Positions 53,873 to 64,000 of a stretch of DNA of 64,000 nt are shown piece after piece. The stretch's first letter is position 1. Every line of letters starts with the position of its first letter. A model generated the notes under the pieces. The model saw only the letters and a program-made list of their open reading frames with translations, did no database searches and was not told the origin of the DNA. The translations under genes were made by a program, and so were the position numbers. Origin of the DNA: Daphnia carinata (lineage: Eukaryota); assembly GCF_022539665.2 (NCBI RefSeq), contig NC_081333.1, forward strand, positions 8,618,001 to 8,682,000, given 5' to 3'.

Positions 53873-55514
53873 TCAGCCCCATCGGAGGGGCTGACCCGGC
53901 GGGCGCAATGACCTTTGGATAGCGCGAGAAGACAAACTCATCTCGTTCGACATGCCCGGCAGAGACATCATTTCTTCTTTGGGTTCGTTCGATGCCATTG
54001 CAATCTTCTTTTGTTGTCTCGGCATCAGTGGATCGAAATTTGTCGAAGCCAATGGAAGCGAATGGTGAAGATGATTCCGTCTAAGTTGCTCTAAAGTCTT
54101 CCAGCGCGTAAACAAGGATAGAGTTCGCTTGGGTACTTTAAAAGTGTCCACCGTCATCCCCATTTGATCCTACATTTGAGAAAAAGGTAAAACATGTTTT
54201 TATAATTGATTTAATTTACCTTCGTTTAACATTTGATTTAATTTTAACATTTTTGTTGCTTTTCATATCGGAGCTGGCCAGTGTCGTCTTTCGCATTTGA
54301 ATCCCTTCACCACGGATGGCGGATGGAGACTACAGCATCGATCCTACGAGCGCCATTTCACTACGGTAGCTTTACGCCTCATCAACCACACGTTTCTCAA
54401 AAGTTAAAGTTAAGTGAATTTTCTTTATTTCCTTGTGGCTTAATCATAGAAAGATTGCCCGCTCAGAACATGGTCTGTGGATAGCAAGTAATTTGATCAG
54501 GGTAGGCCTATAAATGGATTGTACACCTCAGTGAGCATGACCTGCGTAACCAAAGAAAATGCTGATGTACAACGCCAGACGGAAACGAGCGGACGTTATA
54601 GAGCTCTTGGGTCCCCTCGCACTATCCTTTGCGCGTTGGCGTTTGACTGATGCATTCTCTCATCCGTCACGGTGGGCGTCTGTAGTGTCTTTGTGGTAGA
54701 TTCGTCACTCTTTGTCTATTCAGCCAAAGATTTATTTGTCCCAATGGTCAAGTCAGACTGACAATCCATATTCGTTTTCTATCCACAAAAAAGGATAAAA
54801 GGAATGTCGAATGTCCACGGCCTTAATATGACTATCAGGGTATCGCATATGGCGGGTAGCCTCGGCCGTCTTTCTATTACACTCTTGCTGACATACCCAA
54901 ACGGATGCCAACTGATATGACGCACCATTCTAGAGGGACCTGAGGTTTTGTGTTTCCGTCTCCTTCCCTCTGTCTTTAGGGGTGTCGCCTATCCTATTTT
55001 CTTTTTCGGCCCTGATGAGTCTCTTTTTCTGACCAGTTGGTTTTTTGTTTCCAAACCAAACCTAAGTTATGGGACGGGGCAAAAAATAAAAATTAGAACT
55101 GCGCACCCAGATGCCGCTAAAAGTATACGGTCCTTTAGCTGATCTGGGCTTCCGCACGGTACAGATTTGTGACGAAACATGTCACCGCAACAGCTGTGCA
55201 GGCGTTCCGATTACTATTTACCCAACTCTACGATTTGTCGTCACCGTTAGAATCCGATATTCAGAGCCAATTCGACTCCGCCAGTAAAGAAACTCATGCG
55301 CTCCATTTTCCCCTCACAATGTCAGTTTTTTTTTTACCTGTATAGACTGGACTGGGCTGAAGTCATCAGGGTTGAGGGGCACCAACTGGTTGGGACGCAG
55401 GTTCCATGGGTCATCGGGCAGCTGGCCGTGTAATCGTGATGCTATTGTGACGCCGGCCAGAAGGGTCACCAAGACGAGTAACGGATGGTAGGACGTCCAG
55501 TTGCGGATCTGCAT
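53873..55514 (-). CDS. Neuropeptide precursor, HanSolin-like (predicted C-terminal GQPLRWamide), ~157 aa
   Basis: Exon 55514-55338 (MQIRNWTSYHPLLVLVTLLAGVTIASR..., hydrophobic signal peptide; donor CAG|gtaaaa) joins in phase 0 to exon 54169-53873 (acceptor atgtag|GAT). It contains the dibasic site KR-TLSLFTRWK and ends RPPGQPLRWG-TGA, with Gly as amide donor. The family call is from recalled similarity to insect HanSolin. Confidence 0.85.
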
Positions 55515-58500
55515 AGTGCTGTTTCTGCTTGCGGTTGTCAAAGGAGAGAAACGAAAAGGGCAAGGTGATAGATGTCATTGTATAGATGGAGAAGGGATGG
55601 ACTCCCTTCACGTCCGGCACACCTGTCGTGAGTTACGACTCCCACCGTTTGTCCTGGAAGTTAATCTATCATCTTCACAACATTATTGGGCAGACAAGGG
55701 CGGTTGTCTTCATCAGACAAAAGGGAAGATAGGAATCGTGCAATAGGACGGGTATACGTAATCACATTTCAGCTTAAAATGGGATTACGTAGAGAAGAAT
55801 TGAAAAAGCAAAACTCCCCGAGGAAATCTCCTAACCTAAGCCAGAAGTAATCGAAGAGAAGTAACTGAAGGGAAAGGAAAGAACCTGAAATTTAATTGAT
55901 AATGGATCATTCTTAATTCACGTTTATTGATTGGCGCTGACCATTACTCTTTTCAATTTGATTGACTTTAAAATGTTAGTAGGGAGCTTTCTTTTTTGTT
56001 TTACTTGTCTTCATTTCTTAGAAGGGCATTGATCTTAACAAAAAGCTCTTTGAAGTTGAATACGTTGATGAATTTTATATTTTCCTTGTCTTCCTTTAAA
56101 AGGATACGTTAGACACTAACCCAGAAGGGCTCGCGTGATAACCTTTGAAATCGATTTATTTAAAAGATTACTTCAATTTCTAGGGGACAGATAATAAAAA
56201 GTAACACTATCAATCAAAAAGGTTTGGACATTTCCGTTTGAAACGCACGTAGGCCTTATTTATTTTTAGCGTCAACTCCGGCCTACATTTTAATTCTGTC
56301 CTACAGAGTATATTGGTGGCTGCCGCTACATATTCTATGTTGTCCGATCCCGTGCGCCATCGCCTCCAAACTGACTGTAGGGCGTGATGGATCACATAGT
56401 CCGATGTATTTCTACAACAACAACCCTAACTTTACGAATTTCTACCCTATTAACCAGCCCTTCTCGTGGTCAGTGATCCCAATGTCATCGTCTATCGAAT
56501 CGCCAAGGTGAATTTAACACGAAAATTCATTTAATGCTTGAAAGGGAAGAGCAATTTTTTTTAAACAAAGGGGAGACCCATATAAGTCAGGTAAACAGTG
56601 GGCTGTGTGAACAGCTAATGCAATTCTATTTGCCGGGAAGTCACTGAGCGTTTTAAATTTCCCACACGCCTGAATAGTCAACATACATAGTGAATTTTCA
56701 TGCAAACATACCTTGAAATAATTTTGCTTGTCGGGCGATATTCAGAACTGCGGTATCTCTGGGATTGCGTGATATTATGAGGAAAATCAACACCCGCTGC
56801 ACATTGCACCGTTGTGCAAATTAGAGACGCTAAAAGATGAGATCACACTTGCAAATTTCTTTTTTACGGGACGGCGCTCTGTTGCGAAGGAACAAAAATC
56901 GCGAGGCTTCTTATCTATACTGGTGTCACCTGTTGTTGTCTGGATGCCGCGCTGAACGAGATTGAGCTCAACAGCGTGTCTAACTGCAACCTTTAAAGCT
57001 ACTAGCCGCTTTCTCTCTGCCCACTCGCTTTTTCTTTTCTCCTTTAAGCCTTGACGCTCCTCCTCGCTTGCCGTCCGCCCATGTTCACGTCCCGACCCCA
57101 GCAATAGCTACCCCCCCCCCCCACACACACACCAAAAGATATTCTGCGGGATGCCTTTTTTCGATATTAAAGCATTATGGTGCATTTCTAAAACAGAAAC
57201 CCTTATATTACGAACGAGGTCGTGAACTTGAAATTTAGTGCCACTAAATTCTTTTAACTTTTCGACTAACGCCAATGCATGTAACCCTATAGGATGGTAT
57301 AGAATGTTACATATTTTATTCACTAGAATTTCTCAGAAGAATGGGCCAGAAAGTCTAAACCGTTAACAACGGCATGTTTTTCCATTTTTTGCTCATTAAC
57401 ACCAACTTGCAAGTCACGCAGAGTAAAACTGTGATGTCTCCAAAGAAACCTTGAATATCAGATTCCGTTGACTTGGAATTGTTTTGAACGAGATTTGTGT
57501 TTTTGTTGGCGAAAGATTCTTTTTTCCGATATCAACAAATGTCATCCGGGGAATGTGACGTCACGTAAGCATACCCTAGTAGACAGGCTTTCCGCATCGT
57601 ACGTATCGTCTATACACAACCGCCTATCAAATATCACGGAGGGTTAATTAGGCTTAGGTTATTAGGGAGGTTTGAGTGATTAACAGACCTTATCCAATAT
57701 ACCGTGCAAACGATGCTCGGTGTAACCTAGATCACAATTATCATTTACGATTTCTAATTTAAAACATTGGATGAATCTGACAAAAGAATCGAGGAACCTT
57801 TATGTTGATAATTAACTGTATTATTATTTGCTTGTTTGTTACCACGCGTCAATGGTAAGCATGATTGGTGATGCCTCTGGAAACTCGATTACGCAACGGG
57901 CTTGTCGGCCTCCTGGAGGATTCTCTTGTTGTCATGATGCTGTTCTTGTTTATGTATTTTCGCAGTGGCTTCTAGTCACACCGCACCTGAATCATGTATT
58001 AGAATGGGATCTATAGTTTGTTACAAATATCGGGCAACGGCTGCTTTCTTTTGGCTTTCTAGAAAATTGAAAGCGAATCAATCAAAAGCTAAGCCATGAG
58101 AAAAAGGGCAACCTTTTCATTCAGAATGTATTATAAGTCACCTCAGCGGAAAGGGAATGTTTCATTAACGATTTTCTTATACTTGCAAATATTGTCGTTT
58201 CAATCTAGCCCCGCAGCAGAGATCATCTACGTTCACATAAGCACGGTGTCGTGGAATCTCAGAAGCCATCCGAGGTTTGTTTTGCTAAGGAGAGGCGAAA
58301 ATTTAGTGTTTGTTATTCCACAAAGGATTAATGGATTTGATTTTAAATCTAGAAAATCCTAATTTAGAAAAATAAGACGTTTTTTTTTTCACTGCGTAGG
58401 TTGATATCTCAGACATTTGGCTTTAATCAAGCCATACCACAACGCTATGCAATCATTCCCAATAATCAAGACTGTTCTGGCGTCTTACCCGAGGTCCAAA

Positions 58501-60159
58501 CATATAATGATCACCTGATTGATTATGAGTTACCCTTACTTGATTTTTTTCCCCTACCGTCGACGTGCGTGATTACATACAGCAGTAGCTTCAGTGACAG
58601 CCAGACTTGTTTATTTCCAGTCAAAAGATTGACCGTGCGTGGTTATTCTTGCAGAGACCTGTTCATCTCCTAATCGATTGGGTGATGTTGCACACTTGGA
58701 ATGCACTCCATTCTGGTTGTTTCAGTCCAAAATACTACATACCAACTTCGAATCTCTTGAACCTTATTACGCACGTACGTCATGGGGGCCCGAGTGGGGC
58801 GAGATCTTCATTAGTTACTCATTTCCTCCATTTCCGTCTCCCTTGGACCAGATTGAATTTGTACCGACCAATCGGCAGCCTCTGGCCTTTCGATCTTATT
58901 TGCTTTTGGTGTTGTACCGCATTTACACACGGCAACATGTCGTGCAGAAAGACGTCAATTTGGTCTAGCCGTCTGTTCGTTTTGTTACCTCTCCCCCCCC
59001 CCCTTATTCGCTTTCTGTTTCTATTGCTAAGAAGGATTGTAAAACTGAATTTCATCCCAAAGAGCTAGGGTTTCTGCAACCAAATAAATAATGGTACCTA
59101 AATCTGATAATCCTTCCCGACCTTTTCACGGTTCACAATGCCCCGATCGTCATAGTGAGTGACAAATACTGAATTACAGACCAGAAATTGTGCTGGTGGT
59201 TGTTTTTATGTTCTCGTGATGGCTACTTCGCGTTCACAATTCAATTAAGGGAGATCGACGTTGCGAAACAAACGCACGTATAGAAAATAGGATATGTAGG
59301 CATTATTATTTAATCAGATCAAAAGCTTTAGTGAAAAAAGAAAACTATTTAGTTCCTTCGTGTATAGCCTAGTGAAATACTAACAATACGGTGTTTTAAA
59401 AATAAGCCTTTTTCTTGTTTCTCCCTTTTCAATTAAATTGTATTTGCGCCAGGATATTTAAGCATCGTTTGGGCTTTCGGTCTTCTTACCAAGAACGAAT
59501 GCCTAAACGCGTTTATGGAATGCGTAGGAAAGCTTTTTATCATCATGATTAGTCATCCGTAGAATAATGTTTACGAAATGTAGAAACTTTCATATTGAAA
59601 TGGGAAAAATGAACAACCAAGGTTAGGTTGGTTTGTTTGTTTATTGCCTTACTATTTTGTTAGTATATGTTTATTTTTTTATTGTGTAAATGTCATTTCT
59701 ACTGCTGCCTGGACTTGGAAATCTTTCAGTCGCCACAGTGTTTTCGTCTCATTTTTCAAAAGCTAGCGTGGTGGGGTTGAAAAACTTCTATGGACATCTA
59801 GGCACTGTGATTGGCACTAGCATTAAAATATTAATATTTGGAGTACTATAGCTGAAAAGCTTCTGTTGTTGCACGAGAATTGGTTATTTTGTTATCCATC
59901 GAAATAGGGGATTCGTATTTAACCGCCATTATTTTGAAAGGATAACGACATCAAAACACACACGCGCGCCACCTGGGATGTTTACATTGTACTATGGTGG
60001 CGAAACGCTGAGAGACGGCGGTGAGCTTGAAAAAAGGAAACAAAAAACATAAAACAAAATAAAAAATGAATTAGTGACAATCTAATAACAATATATTAGT
60101 AAAAAAAAATTGTCAGTAATGGTGTAATACTTTTTCTATATAAAAAAAAGAAAAGCATC

Positions 60160-60699
60160 CCAATTGGTTCAAATGTGACGTCACAAAGGCGGGAGAATTC
60201 AGTTTGGCGCCTTTCGGTTTTAATTGATAAGAAGTCAATTCTTCAAATCAGACCCCACTGTTTTTGACATTGAGTGTCAGTCCTAGACGAACAATTTTTA
60301 TGGTTATACTTTTCTGGTCTCTGATATGATACTCGTTGATAATCATTGTAAAACTTTTCCCGCCAAAAGGTGACACAGGCAAACATTTTCAAACCTGCCT
60401 TCAGGCTAAGGCAGCTGATTCCCCCAACTCTAGTGGCGCCTCCATCACCGACAGTATACACAAACGGGCTGCTTTGGAGAGGGGAGAAAAGAATTCCACT
60501 CCCTCGATCCCTACTCTCTTGCTACCCCTCCTGGGTTTTATTCGCTTTTTTTTATCAACTATTGAACAATTGTTAATTTTATTCGCAGTTTTGTCAATCA
60601 GTATTGATTCTTAAAGTATTTTAAAATAGACTTTAAAACATCGTCCTAAAAAACCGCCTCTGGTTCGTCGGGCCAGAGAAATTCCGTTTTGGCGAAAAA
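60160..60699. promoter_or_regulatory. E2F gene promoter / 5' region with clustered E2F sites plus CCAAT, CHR-like and CRE elements
   Basis: CCAAT 60160-64, TTCAAA (CHR reverse complement) 60168-73, GTGACGTCAC 60175-84, GGCGGGAG 60188-95, TTTGGCGC 60203-10, TTTTCCCGCCAAAA 60355-68, TTTTGGCGAAAAA 60687-99. Confidence 0.65.
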
Positions 60700-61049
60700 C
60701 TCGACTTGTGGGGGGGCTTCTCTTAACTGCTGTTAAGCGTTGTCTTTAACCATTGTTGTAACAGCAGCCTGGAATGGGAGTTTTGTTGGACTTTTAAAAA
60801 AAGTAAGTCACTATTATAATGGTGGACTTTTCCTAGCAAATTGAGATTAAAGAATCGATGAGGTGGCCATCCTCGTGGCTCGTCCAGCCGGGTGGCTGTA
60901 TGAGTTAAGTTTGCGGCCATTATCCAAGAGCACATTACGATTAGCAGAATTTACTGAATGAATCTTGGACGATCTCGAGTGTCGGTGACATATTCTGAAG
61001 TTGTTACTGACTTACTCCTTTATTGAATTTTATGAAGAAGCTGTAATGA

Positions 61050-62727
61050 ATGGATGTTAAAATGCCAAGAAAAACTCCTCACAAGTCTCAGGTTAAGAGT
61101 GGTAGGCCATCTCTTGGAACTGTGGAAAATGAACTTAGTCCTACTGAACTTGTTACAACTCAGTACTTATCTGGAGGTAAAATATTATTGCTTTCATTTG
61201 CCTGAAGTTTGTAATGTGTTGTTATTGTTGGGCAGGTCTAGGTAGTCTCACGAAGAAGATCAAGGTAGAAGAGAAGCAAGTTCTGTCTACACCACAATCT
61301 GCTCCTCATTCTTCTAAAATGTGTGCTCCAAAAATTGGTACTTTGGAAAACAATACCACCACCCCCACTCTACCTCAAGGAGCTGCTGCAGAACGACAAC
61401 ACCACTTACAAAAGAAGGATGTATGTCACCTAAATCAGTTTTTCTTTCGGGCTTATCTTCAAACAGATTGTTATTGGATGTGAATTCTCTTGGGCAGGTT
61501 CGAAGACGTTTGGACATGGAGCTGGCTCCTGACACACCATCACCTCTGCCTAGTAGTACGACGTCTGATGGTTTCAAAACCCCAAAAGCTAAACGTGCTA
61601 GGACAAAATCAGTTGCTGCTACTGTGCCTACATTATCATTCAGTCCTTCACCCCAGAGAAGTATACAGAGCAGGACATAAATTATTGTGCAGTATTTAAT
61701 AGTAATATTTTGATGTTTACAGGTCGAACTAGTGCTGTTGACAGAAGCAGGTTTGATTCTTCACTTGGTTTGTTGACCAAGCGCTTCCTTGGCCTTCTTC
61801 AGAGTGCTGAAAATGGAATCTTAGACTTGAACCTTGCCTCTGTGACACTTGCTGTTCAGAAGAGACGCATTTACGATATCACAAATGTTTTGGAGGGTAT
61901 TGGTCTTTTAAAGAAGATTTCCAAAAATAATATTCAGTGGAAAGGGTCAGATTCTCCTGCAGATTCAGCCGAATCTCAGCGAGGTTTAAACCAAGATTTA
62001 GCCGACTTGGAAGCCAAGGAAAACCAACTTGACGAACTGATTTCTGCTACAGGTATAAAGGTACATTCATGTGCATGTCGCAGAGATTTGACTTTTGTTA
62101 CCTTTAGAGAGCCAACTTCGAAGTTTGAGTGAAGATAAACGATACGCTTATGTCACGTACGGTGATCTGAAATCTATTTCAGAATACAGAGACAATACTG
62201 TGATGGCAGTAAGAGCACCTCCTGAAACAAAATTACAAGTAAGTCTCGAAATTTTATTTTGTGGAACCCTTTCTAAGAAACAGCTTCATTTCTAATTTTA
62301 GGTACCTCATCCTTCTGAAGGATACCAAATCTATATGAAGAGCGAAAATGGTGAAATTGAAGTTCTTCTGTGTCCTGAAGACGAATCTTCTTCTTCATCA
62401 TCTTCTTCTTCGCCCTCTTCAAGAACCTCCAGTGGATTTCCCAGCCCGGTTACAAACGGAGTGATGAGAGGAAGATCTCATCGAGTAAACAAAAACAATC
62501 AATTCATGACGCAGTTCAGTGATGATGAAGAGAATGGCTTGCTTCTCGAAACCATGGACCAAAATCAGCAGTCAGGCTGCGACACTGGAATCGACATTTC
62601 CTCAATGGCAGTTTCATCGGCTAACGAGCCGTTCCTCTGTTTGGAACCGCCCCTTGACGAGTCGGCCTATATGTTTACGATGGACGACGGCGAGGGCATT
62701 TCCAACCTCTTTGATTTCTCTTTTTAA
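61050..62727 (+). CDS. E2F: Activator-class E2F transcription factor (E2F1/2/3-like), ~453 aa
   Basis: Exons 61050-61176, 61236-61420, 61498-61660, 61723-62052, 62108-62238, 62302-62727 (1362 nt). Cyclin-binding [11 protein letters not shown]-binding [14 protein letters not shown]...[17 protein letters not shown]...KNNIQW, marked box YAYVTY.D and [10 protein letters not shown], Rb-binding [16 protein letters not shown]. Confidence 0.96.
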
Positions 62728-63825
62728 ATTCATAGATTATCCGTTTACCACAGAAGTTGCACCCAACTATGCTATTGATGGAAATTTAACTCCATCAGCC
62801 ACACGGAGTTTGTTCGGGGTAGGGTTACGAGAAGTTCATTAGCGATTTGTATCATGTTCATTCTCATACTCCTTCGCTCCCTAGTGGTAGTTTTTTTAAT
62901 TTAAAGTTCTACATATTCAAATATGCGCCATTCAGTCAGTATTTTTTCATCAATTTTATCCTAGAGCTGATGCGCGTTTGCCATCCAACGTTTACCTTTC
63001 CCGGCTCATTTCCTACTCATAGTTCACCATCACCGAAGTTATTTTGAAATTGCAAAGGCCTGTGAAGCTTACCACCTTCTCGAGTCACAGTTGACTTTGG
63101 AAAATTCTTTTAGTTTGTCGGTTAAGTAGAATTTCTATGAGTGCAAATCGAACTCCGATTTATTCCCTCATCCCCCATTATAACATGCTCTTTAAATATT
63201 GCAAGGCGACTTGCAACGTTGGGTACGTTCCCCTATTTTTTTTTCATGTTTTGTTTTTACATTTTGTTGCCTACGAGTCCCATGCGTATTGATGCCGCAG
63301 TAGCGCCTCGATTATCCGCAATAAGGTATTTGTAGCCATTTTTTTTTCTCTTCAAAAAAGTTTAGTTGTTCGGTTGAACTGCCATTTTGTGCCGATGATT
63401 TCACCGTGATGGTTATCATGGAGCTGTGCTGTGTCAGTGAAAATGTGTGTGTGCGTGTCCGTGAGCCGATTGTTTCCCGCTATGTTTGAACGTAGCGGAA
63501 TTTATTACGCTTTCACGTTTTCCCCGTGTTTCGGCTCAAATGAATTCTTTTTCCTCTCGCTATCTCTTTTCCCCCCTTTTTGTGGAATACAGTTTTACAC
63601 TTCATCGCCACAGTTTGTTACGATTCAACAAACACATTTTATGTTGTAAAAGCAACGTGAAATGTATTAATGAATACCAGCGAACGAATTTCCAAGTGGC
63701 CAGTGAGGTTAATCTGATTGCATTTTTTTTCCATGATTTCTTCCCATAAGAGCGGAGCAGCAAATTTTTTTTCCCTTAGGTGACAAGTTATTATCGTAAA
63801 ATTAATCCTTTTTTTTTTCGAATAG

Positions 63826-63971
63826 GTATCGCGTCATGGCAGGCAGTGTCGTCTTTATGCGGATTCTGGATAGAATTTGCTACATACTACATCTCGCAAA
63901 TCGTTTAGCACCTTGGCGATTCCATCAGCATCCCACTCGTCTGACGTCTCCAACACCTAGATGAAAGTGGG
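63826..63971 (+). other. Candidate exon of an unidentified downstream transcript (mostly non-coding, possibly ending ATG AAA GTG GG)
   Basis: Strong acceptor (ttttttttttcgaatag|) and consensus donor (GG|gtaagt). No frame runs open through the whole exon, and the window ends shortly after. Confidence 0.3.
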
Positions 63972-64000
63972 GTAAGTGTTAAACTCAACCTATATTGTTT

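Noticed and set aside
55012..55190. CTGATGAGTC ... GACGAAACATGTC resembling a minimal (Penelope-type) hammerhead
   Set aside because: The two halves are ~150 nt apart, stem I cannot form, and GTGAC/GTCAC makes a competing local hairpin.
61410..61450. PIP-degron-like Q..xxFF string ([14 protein letters not shown]) in E2F
   Set aside because: It runs into intron sequence after the 61420 donor, and the spacing does not fit the PIP consensus.
61177..62301. Intronic miR-11/miR-998 as in the Drosophila E2f1 locus
   Set aside because: Introns are only ~55-77 nt and contain no matching mature sequence or hairpin that I can see.

Overview
Eukaryotic, intron-containing arthropod DNA. The very short introns, homopolymer/microsatellite-rich non-coding DNA and protein sequences suggest a branchiopod crustacean such as Daphnia (inference, not verified). 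Seven spliced genes were reconstructed by hand. On the + strand: a KCNQ/Kv7 potassium channel (1227-8475), a ~25 kb RIM active-zone scaffold gene (14463-39871), an SLC18B1-like MFS transporter (42492-44811), a GH18+CBM14 chitinase (45635-47456), a RABGAP1-like PTB/TBC protein (48735-53299) and an activator-type E2F (61050-62727). On the - strand, split across two short ORFs in the track, is a secreted neuropeptide precursor ending GQPLRWG-stop (53873-55514) that resembles insect HanSolin. Highlights: the HanSolin-like precursor; two frame-enforced mutually exclusive exon pairs in RIM (one a tandem exon duplication, the other a 30 aa versus 312 aa motif-rich swap); a GC-AG intron; KCNQ gate/pore substitutions (PAG to PSG); an E2F promoter with clustered E2F sites and uORFs; and a weak hammerhead-like motif in KCNQ intron 1. 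No rRNA, tRNA, CRISPR or recognisable transposon was found.
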